Assembly: GCA_963514005.1 (NCBI GenBank)
Contig: OY740781.1
Location: 164,114,001-164,178,000 of the forward strand
Direction of reading: 5' to 3'
Source of the DNA: Raja brachyura
Taxonomy: Eukaryota
DNA: 64,000 nt
In this document: positions 1-12,438 of the stretch, one piece after another
Layout of the letters: every line of letters starts with the position of its first letter
Numbering within the stretch: position 1 is the stretch's first letter
Notes under the pieces: generated by a model
Seen by the model: the letters and a program-made list of their open reading frames with translations, nothing else
The model's database searches: none
What the model was told of the DNA's origin: nothing
Translations under genes and position numbers: made by a program

Positions 1-40
1 TGTGCTGAAGGTCCTGGCAGGTATGAAGATAAATAAATCT

Positions 41-145
41 GTCTGAAAGGTCTCGACCAGAACGTCACCCATTCCTTCTCTCCAGCGATGCTGCCTGTCC
101 CGCTGGGTTACTCCAGCTTTTTGTGTCTATCTTTGGTTTAAACAT
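41..145 (+). mobile_element. Penelope terminal module, degenerate hammerhead core
   Basis: GTCTGAAAGGTCTCGACCAGAACGTCACCCATTCC... matches the module repeated across the window. Confidence 0.7.
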
Positions 146-941
146 CGAACCTCTCAACTGCCTCGGTCCTGTATAAGGTCCAAACCCCCTGCCAATCTAG
201 TTTAATCCCACCTATTCAGCATGGGCTAGGTGGGCTGAAGGGTCTGTTCCCTACCTATGTAGCTCAATGACTCTAGGTTTCTGGTAAAAAGAACATCCTT
301 AATAAATAATAAAATTATTTCTTCTTGTTTCTGAAGGTGCTATGTTTTTTTAATCCATTGCTAGTCTCCATGTTCATCCTTTTGATTTTAGTTGCTATTG
401 TCACCATTACTAAAAGGAATAAAATCAATGGGCCAGTCCTCATCCTGTCACACATGAGTATATATAACACACTGGTTTGGACACAGAAAAAAAACCTGGT
501 TAATGTTTTTAATTAAGACCATTTCATTTCATAACCACATTCAATTTCCCTCAGTGCAGACAGTTATTTATACCTGCATGCTAAACGAAAAGCTGCCTAT
601 CTCCCAGTTCTTCACGAGGGAAAACTGGCAACTAAACCTCCTGTGTGTATGGTATTAATCTAAATTCATTCACCGGTGACTCTGAGTAAAATGATCTTAC
701 TGCATAAAATGTGTGAAAGAGGACTTATTGTCAAGGAAGCCCATTAGCTGAGGGTTGTGTGTTGAATTTTCTATTAACCAATTGTGTAGTTGATTGTATC
801 TGGTTTATGGTCAATTGTATATGGCTTATGGAAGGCAGTACAATGTTTATAGTGGATTGTGCAGTATTTACAGTGGATTGTATTGCGTTTATGATAGATA
901 ATGTAGTGTTTATGGTGGATAGTGGCACAATCATACCTGAC

Positions 942-1231
942 TGGGTGGCGCAGTGGTGCAGCGGTAGAGTTGTAGACCCGGGTTTGATCCTAACTACTGG
1001 TGCTGTCTGTGCAGAGTTCACACGCTCTCCCCGTGACCTGCGTGGGTTTTCTCCGAGATCTTCAATTTCCTCCCACACTCCAAAGGCGTACATATTTTCA
1101 TTTTAATTGACTTGGAATAAATGTAAAATTGCCCCTAGTGTGTGTAGGATAGTGTTAGTGTGTGGGGATCGCTGGTTGGCGCGGACTCGGTGGGCCGAAG
1201 GGCCTGTTTCCAACAATATCTCTAAACTAAA
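942..1231 (+). mobile_element. tRNA-derived V-SINE (HE1-like)
   Basis: A-box-like TGGTGCAGCGG, B-box-like GGTTTGATCC, V-domain ...TCTCCCCGTGACCTGCGTGGGTTTTCTCCG..., CR1-type tail GGGCCGAAGGGCCTGTTTCC, CTAAA tail. Confidence 0.85.
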
Positions 1232-1381
1232 AAGGGGTTTATGGTAAAAAGAGTAGTGTTCATGGTTCAGTGTTTATGATGGATGGTGCAATCTTTTTTT
1301 TAGTTGATAGTACTGAGTTTAAGGTGGATAGTGTAATGTTGATGGTGGATAGTACAGAGCTTATGGTAGATAGTCTATTGT

Positions 1382-1409
1382 CTGAAGAAGGGTCTCCACC
1401 CGAAACGTC
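1382..1409 (+). ncRNA. Minimal type I hammerhead ribozyme motif (best-preserved copy) in Penelope module 1381-1505
   Basis: CUGAAGA-A-[GGGU-CUCC-ACCC]-GAAA-C-GUC; conserved core present, stem III is the loopless ACGU palindrome, stem I only ~2 bp. Confidence 0.6.
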
Positions 1410-1759
1410 ACCCATTCCTTCTCTCCAGAGATGCTGCCTGTCCCGCTGAGTTACTCCAGCGTTTTGTGTCTATCTTTGGTTTAAATCAGCATCTGCAGTT
1501 CCTTCAGTCCATTGTTTATGGTGGACAGTGTAGTGCCTATGGTGAAAGTACAATGCTTAAGGTTGATAAATAAGTGTTTATGGTGGAAACACTCTTTATG
1601 TTACAGTGCAACTAATCCAAAATCGATTCCATTGATCTGGACGGTTGATTGAGCATGAGCTGCTGGGGAACTTAAATTACGTTTAATCAACAGGTAGGTA
1701 GGTAGGTTGCTAGGTCATGGAAAGCCTCATCTCAGTAACTGTAACACCTGCCCCTATAG

Positions 1760-2501
1760 GTCCTCCCTCTCATCTATCCAGGATGTGGTCTTCTTTACAT
1801 CGGCGAGACCAAGTGTAGACTAAGCGACCATTTCACCAAACACATGCTCGAACATCAAGGCTTGCTGGATTTCTTACTTTCTACCCATTTTAACACACCT
1901 TCCCAATCCCAGAATCACTGTTCTGCCCTGGGACTCCCCCATTGCCAGGGTGAGGCCAGATGCAAACTGAAGGAACAGCACCTCATATTCCACTTGGGTA
2001 GTTTATAACCCCACAGTATAAACAATTAATTCACCAGTTTTAGGTAACTAACATAATAACACCCTCATTCCTTTTTGCTCCCACATCCTATATACCCCCC
2101 TCTCTCTTTCCTTGAGATCCACCTAAATGCCTACCCATTTCTCCCTTTTCCCTCCTCCCCATCCCCTTGTACTTGTATTCATTTTTCAGACTTTGCATGT
2201 CATGCATCTATTTAACTTTATCTCCTGAACACACCCTTTTTGGCTTTTCATCTCCGGCCTTTATTCAACCATCCAACAATTAAACCCCCCATCCCTCACC
2301 CATCACTTGCCAGGCTTTGTCCCACCTCCACCCGTCTACCATGCATCTCCCCCTCATTAAACAGTAGGCATACCTGAAGAATGGTGCCGAACCGAAATTG
2401 CCTATCCTTGTTCTCTGGAGATGTTGCCTGACCCACTGAGTTACCCTTGCACCGGGTGTCTTTTTAAAAAATAAATCAGCATCAGCTGTTAACTGTGTCT
2501 A
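1760..2501 (+). mobile_element. Penelope-like element 3' fragment (GIY-YIG end, 3' UTR, terminal module)
   Basis: Translates CGLLYIGETKCRLSDHF...CQGEARCKLKEQHLIFHLGSL; pyrimidine-rich UTR then CTGAAGAATGG...CCGAAA at ~2374. Confidence 0.8.
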
Positions 2502-2713
2502 ATCTTCAGTTTAAGTTATTTCACACGTTGTGATAGGGATGGAGGGGGGGGGGGGGGGGGGCTCCAGAGCAGACTTATAGAAGCTTTTAGACCATCCATT
2601 TGAATTACTGTATCCCAGCAAAGGCGTTTAAATATTCAGAGTGTCTTGGCAGCTACAACATGGCTCCCATTATAAATATGGAATTCTGCAAATTTACTTG
2701 TCTACACTCAAAG

Positions 2714-3386
2714 TAGACAATAGACAATAGGTGCAGGATTAGGCCATTTGACCCTTCGAGCCAGCACTGTCATTCACTGTGATCATGGCTGATCATCCAC
2801 AATCAGTACCGCGTTCCTGCCTTCTCTCCATATACCTTGACTCTGCTATCTTTAAGACCTCTATCTAAAGGGCCTGTCCAACTTGGCGACTTAGCCAGTG
2901 TCATATCAGTGTCGCCAAAAGCTTTTGAACATTTCAAAATCCAGCGACGACAAAAAAGTGGTTGCGACACTTAAAAAAACACCACGCATCATACGTCTTC
3001 ACGCCGCGTCACCGTTGCGTCATATGTCATCACGTTGCATCACTGCCGCGTCATACGTCTTCATGCCGCATATTTTTCAGTGACATGATAACTTAGTCAA
3101 TTGTGCCGCAGTCGCCGAAAAAAATCACCAATTGGGACAGGCCTTAACTCTCTCTTGAAAGCATCTCGAGAATTGGCCTCCACTGCCTTCTGAGGGAGAG
3201 AATTCCACTGATACGCAACTCTCTGGGTGAAAAAGTTTTTCCTCATCTCCATTCTAAATAGCTTACCCCTTATTCTTGAACTGTTGCCCCTGGTTCTGGA
3301 TTCCCCAACATCGGGAACATGCTTCCTGCCGCTAGCGTGTCCAATCCCTTAATAATCTTATATGTTTCAATAAGATCCCCTCTCAT
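2714..3386 (-). mobile_element. CR1 LINE 3' fragment, split by a MITE
   Basis: MRGDLIETYKIIKGLD C-terminal motif, CR1 3' UTR and (ATTGTCT)n tail. Confidence 0.9.
2869..3144. mobile_element. PIF/Harbinger-type MITE
   Basis: Ends AGGGCCTGTCCAAC...TTGGGACAGGCCT; TAA TSD (2866-68, 3145-47); removal restores CR1 CTATCTAACTCTCTC. Confidence 0.8.
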
Positions 3387-4519
3387 GGAAATGTTAATGT
3401 TTTGTAAATAACTAGCCATCCAAACTATAGATGATTGTTCATTGTTGTCTTTGTGTGCCATTGAAACTGTAGTTAATGATCTATTATTGTTTAAAACATA
3501 TGCAAATTTGATATACTTTGAATTTGGAAGATTCCAGCATGATGGTCTCCAAGTGAATATCTGTTTCTCTTGAAGAATAAAAACTTCAGCTTGAGCCTCC
3601 GAGTGACTCTGTTTGAAAGGTCATAAATAAACCACACAGCTGTGTGTGAGGAGGACAGAGGGAAAGGGTTCACAGGCTCTCAGTGGGACTCAGAGATGCA
3701 GCAGTGGTGCAGTAATAAATTGATCTCTGGAAGCCAAGACACCAAATGTGGTGACGATTGATGAAGTAATTGCCTGGAAGTCTGCTGCAGAGCTGCTGAA
3801 AGCCGAAGGATTTGAAATGTGGTGAAGCTTTGTTTCATTGCACAAACGTAGCCCATCATTGTACCTCAATACTCTTCATCTGGTAGATAACTACACTCCT
3901 TGCATCTCTCATTAGTGCGTGCCTCTCTGATGCATCTGATGCAAGCACGTCCATAAATATATATATTGCCACGGCATTAGACGGAATACTGGCAATGGCC
4001 AGAAGAGAGTGAGAAATCTGGCTATAGGCACAACAGGAATCCTCTGGCCGGAAAATATGAGGCCAGCTTCCTTACAGATTCCTACTCCACCATGATTCCA
4101 CACATCCTCTGATAATCGTCATTCATGCTAACCCTCCTAGCAACAAACACTGCAGAATTCCCAGCGCGAGATCTACTGCATTCATCGCCAGCTCTGCACC
4201 TAGAAAAAGAAGAGGAAGAGAAGAAGACTGTGAAGAAGTAGACACTCTAATAGTAGCTGCTATTCTTAATAACGTCACTTTAGACATTGGAGTCCTGCGC
4301 AATTCAGAGATGAGGAATGAAAATGAACCTTCATAGAGGTGTTCCCCAGGGACTAAAGACAAAGGCACCAACCATACTATTGTAGACACACCACTTGTGC
4401 TAATTTCATAGATTGTGTAGACCATACAAGTTCTACACTGGAAATTATCCAGACTCCTTGTGACGGCAAATTTCCAATTCTTCCAATGTCCAACGTTCCT
4501 TTGCCATTAATACACAGGT

Positions 4520-4850
4520 AAGTAGGTGACCAAGTAGCAGACCAGAAAGAACAGATCTTCCAGTCATTGTTTCCAATTTAGTTGGTTCTTTATTGTAGTT
4601 GTACGAATAAAGAGATGGACGTACCAGGTTTTCGTTATTCTGCATACACATTGGCGTTTTCTGTTCTCCTCGATCTGGTCCACTCCTGAGCCTGGTCTGA
4701 TCACTCCCTGTCCACTAAGCCTGGATGTATATATCCCTCTGTGCATCTAATGGCCGCCCCCAAGTGTCCAAAACCCTACTGCAAGATATAGCTAGACAAA
4801 ATAATATAATATGCCAACAGTAACTAGCCTAAACATAAATGGCTCCTACA
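4520..4850 (-). mobile_element. Possible old solo LTR
   Basis: Minus strand starts TGTAGGAG, has TATATA then AATAAA; no clear 3' end or TSD. Confidence 0.25.
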
Positions 4851-5403
4851 CTCCTCATAGGGTAAAAACTCAGAGGAACACTGATGGGTTTGACAAACCA
4901 AATGTCGGATGCCAGGTTCAGGAATAACTACTTTTCTACAACTATCAGGCTCTTGAATCAACTTGCACAATCCTATCTCAGCAACAGAACACTATGATAA
5001 ACACAAAGTGCTGGAGCAACTCAGCAGGTCAGGCAAAAAGACAAGGTGATGTTTCATGTCACAACCCTTCTTTAGTCTCACCTTCTAAACCAGCATGTGC
5101 AGTTCCATCCTAAACAGAACATCAGGGTGTACTGTGTGTTCTATCATGGATTTGTTTTTTTTTCTAATTGTGTTTTACACTAATGTTTTTATTTTGCACA
5201 AAATTGTATGTGTAATTTATGATTAATTTGTGTGATTTGTTGTGTGTTTGTCTGAGTCTATTTGCCTGTGACGTGGCTCTGAATGAGATTTTAACTGGAC
5301 CTGTACCTAGTCATACTTGTGCATATGACAATAATCTCAATTGTACTTGACTGGACCCCATTATTTTCAGGCTTTTTAGCAACTTGAATGTTTTTAGCAC
5401 AAA

Positions 5404-5691
5404 GGGCGCAGTGGTAGAGTTGCTGCCTTACAGCGCCAGAGACCTGGGTTCCATCCAGATTATGGGTGCTGTCTGCACGGACTTAGTATGTTCTCCCTGA
5501 GGCTGCATCGTTTTTCTCTGGGTGCTGCAGTTTCCTCCCACATTCCCCAAAAATGTGCTGGTTTGTAGGTTAATTGGCTTCTGTAAATTGTAAATTGTCC
5601 CTAGTGTGGAAGACAATGGAGTGATCACTGGTTGGCATGGACCCGGTGGGCCGAAGGGCCTGTTTCCATGCTAAAGACCAAAGTAAAGTAA
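5404..5691 (+). mobile_element. V-SINE (HE1-like)
   Basis: tRNA head, V-domain and CR1 tail as in other copies. Confidence 0.85.
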
Positions 5692-5695
5692 AATC

Positions 5696-5829
5696 TGTGT
5701 AAGAAGGAACGGCAGATACTGGTTTAAACTGAAGATAGACACAAAAAGCTGGAGTAACTCAGCAGGACAGACAGCATCTCTCTGGAGAGAAAGAATGGGT
5801 GACGTTTCGGGTTGAGATCCTTCTTCAGA
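5696..5829 (-). mobile_element. Penelope terminal module with hammerhead motif (5801-5828)
   Basis: Reverse complement CTGAAGAAGGATCTCAACCCGAAACGTC. Confidence 0.8.
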
Positions 5830-6340
5830 GTAAAGTCTGATGCCACACGAAGGAAGATGGGGCCCTCCTGTTCTTTGTTGATTACTGATATCTAAATTTG
5901 CAGTAAAAACAAAACACTTAAGCGTACGCAAATCTCAACTGATTAAACTTCATTGTTCTTTGCTTTAAACATTGCTCCCCAGCTTTACTCTCATTTTACC
6001 TAATCAGTGTTTCTGTTCGTCAACCTGATTTATGCTGAAGTTCATTTCTGGAAGAATGCATGACTCCTTACAAATCTTTCTAAAGATCATACCACTGTCC
6101 CTAATAAACTGCAGCAGTCATACAAAAAAACATTTCTGCTTCATTGCCAAGAATCAGCATGAGATATATTATTATCATCTGCTTGCTGCTTTCCATTCAT
6201 TCAGAGGAGACCAGAATGATTGTTAAACAAATTATAGATCTGACTCTCCTTAATAGTTCCATATATATGGTGAAATAATGTGTTTGTGGGCAAAATAGGC
6301 AAATAGTCAAATCGTCATTGTACATGTGTGATTATAGCTT

Positions 6341-6817
6341 TAGACTTTACACTTCATACAGCGTGGAAACAGGCCCTGCAGCCCACCGAGTCCGCGCCGA
6401 CCACTGATCACCCAGTACATTAGCAGTATCCTACACAATAGGAACAATTTACAATTTTACTGAAGATAGCCACAAAAAGCTGGAGTAACTCAGCGGGACA
6501 GGCAACATCTCTAGAGAGAAGGAATGGGTGACATTTCGGGTCAAGAGAAGGGTCTCGCTGAGATACTCCAGCTTTTTGAGTCTATCTTTGGTTTAAACCA
6601 GCATCTGCAGTTCCTTCCAATGCAATTTTACTGACGCCATTTAGCCTACAAAGCTGTATGTCTTTGGAGCGTAGGAGGAAACAGGAGCACGGAGAGAAAA
6701 CCCACACGGTCACTGGGAGAACGTACAAACTCCATACAGACAGCACCAGTAGTCAAGATCAAACCCAGATCTCTGGTGCAGTAAAGCAGAAACTCTATCG
6801 CTGCACCACTGTGCCGC
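6341..6817 (-). mobile_element. V-SINE interrupted by a fold-back Penelope mini-element (~6463-6621)
   Basis: SINE tail at 6341-6460, head at 6640-6817; insert flanked by CAATTTTACTGA duplication. Confidence 0.8.
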
Positions 6818-7747
6818 TCATACCTGTGCATATGACAATAAACTCAATTTTACTTGACTGGACCCCATTATTGTCAGGCTTTTTAGCACTTGAATGTCTG
6901 ATCGCACACTGAGCTCCTCAGGGAAATTTTCTCCTGCCTATTCATTTGTGCAAGATATAGATAATGGATTGTTCTGATTTTATTCAAACGTTGGGTTAAA
7001 AATGCCACTGAAGAGAAAATTATTGTCAAAGACATTTAAACCCAATCACAGAAGACCAATGTAGAACTGTTACACCCAAATGAGATGAATAAAAAGTGAC
7101 CTCTAATTCCATACCATAAAATAACATTGTAGAGAATCAAGGGATATTAAATGGGCAGGTGAAATTGAAATTGATGGTCAACCATTGATCTGACATTATC
7201 AAGTGGCAAGGCAGCACAATGAGAACATTTCTAAAGAACAGAATGACATCTAGTTTTCCAAACTAGAATCAATCAATCAAAACTTTGAAAGATTATATTT
7301 AGGGCACCTTCAATTTTCTTACTCACAATCTTTGAAACTCGTAGAAGCACATCGCCTGGGGATTTTGTGATCTTTAGTGATCTTATTTTCTTCATTGATA
7401 TTACTTTGCTGATATTATATTGTGTGAATCTTGTTGCCTGATTTAATGTTAGCTTTTCTGAGATATCCAGAGAACTCTCTAAATTATGTCCAGACATAAG
7501 AAGTCGTTCACATTTCTGCTCTTTCCTTATTTTTCATTTAAAAAACTACAATAGTCCATTGTAAGAGCTTTTTTTATGTCTATTGAACTACCATTTGCTC
7601 CAAACTAGATTTTACTAAACACTTAACAATATTTTTTGCTGTACTCTATAATTTTCCCAGTTGTAACAACCTGTATAATTGTTTTCCCTTTATTTCGATA
7701 TATAGAACTGTTTCACCTTTGGAAAGAAACATGCCCAAATTTGCCCA

Positions 7748-7988
7748 AGTGGAATTCTCTGCCTCAGAGGATGGTGAAGGCAGGTTCTCTGGATGCTTTC
7801 AAGAGAGAGCTAGATAGGGCTCTTAAAAATAGTGGAGTCGGGGGATATGGGGAGAAGGCAGGAACGGGGTATGGATTGGGGATGATCAGCCATGATCACA
7901 TTGAATGGCGGTGCTGGCTTGAAGGGCCAAACGGCCTACTCCTGCACCTATTGTCTATTGTCTATTGTCAATTGTCTATTGTCTATTG
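7748..7988 (+). mobile_element. CR1 LINE 3' end
   Basis: WNSLPQ...FKRELDRAL...GYGEKAGTGY plus (ATTGTCT)n tail. Confidence 0.9.
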
Positions 7989-8090
7989 CCCAAAGATCTA
8001 AGCAGAATTGAAGAGAAAGTAGGCTATCATTTGACACGTCCATTATACATTACCTCCATGCAATTGCACGGTGTTTTGGTAATATACTAA

Positions 8091-8421
8091 TAGCTCTGTC
8101 CCACGATACGAGTTCATTCCAAGAGCTCTCCCGAGTTTAAAAAAAAATCAAACTCATGGTAAGCACGGAGAATGAACGTAGCGGGTACGTCGGAGCTCGG
8201 GGGCGTCTCTTACCAGCTCGTAACGCGAACGGCAGGTACTCGGGAAGGCTCGCTAATGGTAGGTAAGCACGGGTAGACTCGTGAAGATTTTTCAACATGT
8301 TGAAAAATGTCCACGAGAGCCCCAAGTACTGACGAGTGGTCATTACCGTAAATCTCCGAGTTCGAATCAGGCCAAACTCGGGAGAACTCTTGGAATGAAC
8401 TCGTACCGTGGGACAGGGCTT
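8091..8421. mobile_element. PIF/Harbinger-type MITE with ~50-bp TIRs
   Basis: TAGCTCTGTCCCACGATACGAGTTCATTCCAAGAG... inverted at ...CTCTTGGAATGAACTCGTACCGTGGGACAGGGCTT; TAA TSD. Confidence 0.8.
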
Positions 8422-8644
8422 TAATCATAACAGGCATTGCAGAAATTCAACGGGTTTAATAATAAAACCACACAAAACTGCAACCATTAACATGAGGAGG
8501 CCAAGCGCTGTAAAAACACTGAACCTCAAGATATCTCTAATTTACTCCTCACCCTGACTCAGACAAATTTAATTGTGCCTTCACCATAACTGTATCAACA
8601 TCTTGGATCTCCCGATCTAACAATACTGTGGAGGTAACTTTACT

Positions 8645-8993
8645 GAAGAATGACAGGCTTGGATAGAGTGGATGTGGAGTGGATGTTTCCACTAGTAGAA
8701 GAGTCTAGGACTAGAGGTCATAGCCTCAGAACTATAGGACTTTCCTTTAGGAAGGAGATGAGGAGGAATTTCTTTAGGCAGAGTGTGATGACTCTGTGGA
8801 ATTCTTTGCCACAGACGGCTGAGGAGGTCAAGTCGATGACTATTTTAAGGCAGGGATAGATAGATTCTTGATTGATACAGGCATTAGGGGTTATGGGGAA
8901 AAGGCAGGAGGATGGAGTTAGGAGGAAGAGACAGATCAGCTGTGATTAAATGACGGAGTAGACTTGATGGGCCGAATGGACTAATTCTGCTTC
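8645..8993 (+). mobile_element. CR1 LINE 3' fragment
   Basis: GLDRVDVEWMFPLVEESRTRGHSL...WNSLPQ. Confidence 0.85.
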
Positions 8994-9749
8994 AAAAACT
9001 AATTTAAACCAGTAGAACAATTCAAGAAGGCAGTTCCCTGCCACACCTATGTGGACAATTAGTGATGGACAGTGGGTGTGGATGTTACCAGTGATTTTTT
9101 GTGAAAATCTATAACATTGTTTCTCTGCGCCCATTTTAATTTGTTTGTGAATAGATGGTTTGCAATACATCAGTCGTAAATAGCAGTATATCTGCCAATA
9201 TCAGTACATTGGGGTGGCACAATGGAACAGCTGTAGTTGCTGTCCTTTTTTGACTCCAGAAAAATGGGTTTAATCCTGACTTCTTTCCAAAGATGTGCAG
9301 GTTTGTAGTTTAATTGGCTTCTGTAAATTGTTGCGAGTGTGTATGATACAACTAGTGTACATAGGACATTCATCGGCACAGACACAGTGTGCTGAAACGC
9401 CTGTTTCCACATTGTATCTCTAAATTAAACTAAACTGCAGAATTATGCTTTGCTGTTTTAGTTATGAATCCCAATATTCCATTTTTTCTAATTCCCCTGT
9501 TCACTCTTGTTTACAGAATGGATTATTTTGGCTTCGAAATGTCATTGTTATTCTCAGACCTTTCCAGACGTGTTCAATATGTTCTCATCTCTGCATTTTT
9601 TTTTTGCATTTGCTTCTTGCAAAATGCTCTTTCTACTTGACTTTAATATTTAAACTCCTTCAATATTCTGAGTAAGATGAATAGGTCTAAAGTGTTCCCT
9701 GCATCCTGGCTCTTTATAGAAACATTGAACAGCAGGGTTCAGGACTCAC

Positions 9750-10138
9750 TGTATTCTGTTTAAATAATTTCCCATTCAGATAGTCCATTACATATGAGCT
9801 CTAAATATACAATTTCTACTTCAATACACTCAAGAATGAAGAGGAAGCAACTCTATGCATATCCACAAAATGTACAGATAGAGCCAAGTTTTTAGTTGGT
9901 CCCTGCAATCATCCGATGAAGTAATATGGTCTTCCAGCTCAATAGCTATGTCCTGTACACTTTGGGGTTGTTTGTTACCCAACAGTTGATTTAGCACCCA
10001 AAACCAGCCCGAGTCCTTCCTCTGCTCGATTTACTTTTTCAACGTTGACAGCTCTTTCCAGTCAGAAATTGTCAAAGCATAATTTATGCTCCATTTCTCT
10101 TCATCTTCCTCTACACTATAAGCATCATTATTTCCGTC
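9750..10138 (-). pseudogene. Putative decayed exon (post-NACHT region) of a TTC41/NPHP3-like gene
   Basis: Acceptor TTCAATTTCCAG|, donor |GTGAGT; reads DGNNDAYS...ALTISDWKELSTLKK*IEQRKDSGWFWVLNQLLG...IELLPLH with internal stops. Confidence 0.4.
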
Positions 10139-10892
10139 CTGGAAATTGAACCAAGAGTTATTTCAATCTGCTTCCCAAAATCTCCTGTACTACACACTTA
10201 ATAACTGTGATTAAAATGAAGACGATAGTTTAAGATTTTTTTATATATATATATAAGTGTTCAGCTTTTCAAGTTATTGGATAATACATTTACTCTGAAC
10301 AATACAAGGTTATTATTTTTAAAATAGCATTTTCATTGACTGTTTTGGGTAAAGGGAAAAGTAATTGACATTAAGCAACTTTAAACAATATCCACAAAAC
10401 ACCGATAATCCCAATAAGTAACTGACAAATTTAATCTTAACCAAAGCCTCCATCCTAAGACTTCAAGGGATGGAAAGTTGTCTTCTTATGAGTTAGACAA
10501 GCCATGTGTGACCGCATATATTGCTGTTGATTTATTCTAAATGAGAAACTCCAGGCCTACCTTGAAAGTAGAATGTGCAGTTTATCAATATTTAATTGCT
10601 TGTTCTTTACATGAGCAGAGAAAAAAATACTCATTATCACTTCAGTTGTAATTTGGAACACTAACTGGAAGGCAAAATATAGAAGAGCAAATGGGGGTCT
10701 TCAGAGGGAAGACTCTGTTTGCAGAAGAGACATCCTCCCCTCGGGGGAAAGGAAACAAGCATCCTGGAATTAAAAATGGCACAGATAGAGAAGGCTTTTG
10801 ATAAATGCTAGGTTTGCAATACAGTAGAGAAGCAAGCCAGATTGGAAAGTAATTACAGAGCACTCCCCAATTACCGATCAAAGTCTTTCGGA

Positions 10893-11185
10893 GGACAGAA
10901 ATGCTGGAGAAACTCAGCGGGCGAGGCAGCATCTATGGAGCGAAGGAAATAGGCAAAGTTTTCGTGTCGAGACCCTTCTTCAGACTGCTGTGGGGGGTGG
11001 GGGGGGGGGGGGAGAATAGGAATCAAAGTCTTTCAATCACTTATCTCATCCCATCACTGACCCATTTGCAACTAATGATTTACTTAGATAGACACAAAAT
11101 GCCGGAGTAACTCAGCGGGACAGGCAGCATCTCTGGAGCGAGGGAATGGGTAACATTTCGGGTCGAGGCCCTTCTTCAGACTGAT
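10893..11185 (-). mobile_element. Two Penelope terminal modules with hammerhead-like cores
   Basis: GTCGAGACCCTTCTTCAG (~10968-10983) and TTTCGGGTCGAGGCCCTTCTTCAG (~11156-11179). Confidence 0.75.
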
Positions 11186-11509
11186 CCCGACTGGTCTCGA
11201 CCTGTGCAGCCACAGCGAGAATGATGAAACTCCCTGTAGTCTGGATCGAACCCGGATTCTCTGGCACTGCAAGACACCAACTCTACCGCTGAGCCACTGT
11301 GCCGCTCCTTGCAGCTCAGAGTATTGCCATCTACAAACCTAGAAATTGCAGCTTGCAGCCCCAAAGTCTAAGTCATTATTATGAATGAAAGAATTGCTGA
11401 AACATAGAATCCCCACTATTCATCCTCCTTAGAGCCAACAAAAAATATTTTTTGATAAATGTGAATAAAAACATTGCCTTCCTCTTTAGCCGTATAGTCA
11501 GATCCTCGA

Positions 11510-11721
11510 TGGCGCAACAGTAGAGTTGCTGCCTTACAGCACTTACTGCGGGTTTGATCCCGACTGCGGGTGCTGTCTGTACAGAATTTGTCCATTGTTT
11601 GGCTTGGTATAAATGTAAATTGTCTCGAGTGTGTGTAGGATAGTTAATATGTAGGGATCACAGGTCAGTGTGGACTCGGTGGGCCGAAGGGCCTGTTTCC
11701 ACACTGTATCTCTAAACTGAA
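11510..11721 (+). mobile_element. V-SINE, internally deleted
   Basis: tRNA head and CR1 tail. Confidence 0.8.
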
Positions 11722-12438
11722 CTCTGTTCCTCTCCCAGGATCTGATGTGATTGTTCAGTCTCAGAAACATATCCACTTAACACAAGTAAATCAGCATGTA
11801 ACTGAATGCTTAATCCTTATCTTGCTGTTAATGAAGTCCATGAACTTTGTACATTATTGCAAGTGAAGACTAGGAGCTCAGGCAATTATTTACTGAGCAT
11901 TTGGTAAATTCAGGATTTATTTGTACATTCTGATATTCCTGAAAAGTTTAAGCAGACAAATAACCAGACTAATGATCAGAAAATAAAGATTTGGGAAGGT
12001 GATTCGAGAGAGCTTCGGGCTTTCACGCTAAAGGAAAGGCTGCCAGTGGTGTATTAGCTAAACCCGTGAATAATCAAGACGCTACAGAACAGAGACCTTA
12101 GAGCAGTACAGCACAAGAACAGGCCCTTCAGCCCACAATGCATCTGCCACACAAGTTGCCAAGTTAAACTATTCTGACTGCATGCAATCTACATTCTTCA
12201 TTCTCCTCTATATCCACCTGTCTATCTACAAACCACTTAAATACCACTATTGTATCTGCCTCCACCACCATTCCTGGCAGTCTGTTCCAGGCACCCACAA
12301 CTCTCTGTAAAAACTTGCCCTGGAATTGCTTTTAAACAACGCCTATCTCGCATAAACCTATGCTCACTCATCTTTGACATTTTGTTCATTTGAAAAAAGG
12401 TTCTGACTGTCTACTCTTCCTTTCTATGCCTCTCATAA

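Larger units (their letters stand above)
770..1590. repeat. Degenerate 21-bp minisatellite (TTTATGGTGGATAGTGTAGTG-like), interrupted by a SINE and a Penelope module
   Basis: Recurring tttatggtggatag units with 21-nt period; explains the 7-aa periodicity of ORFs 731..1093 and 759..1106. Confidence 0.75.

Noticed and set aside
573-640. Further minus-strand exon of the NACHT pseudogene (FSLVKNWEIG)
   Set aside because: AG/GT borders present but too short and weak to support
731-1106. Overlapping ORFs with heptad periodicity (coiled-coil-like)
   Set aside because: By-product of a 21-bp minisatellite plus SINE sequence
4135-4175. RFX-like (CCTAGCAAC) and ZNF143-like (TTCCCAGC) promoter motifs
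   Set aside because: Short motifs with no CpG island or downstream gene; chance match likely
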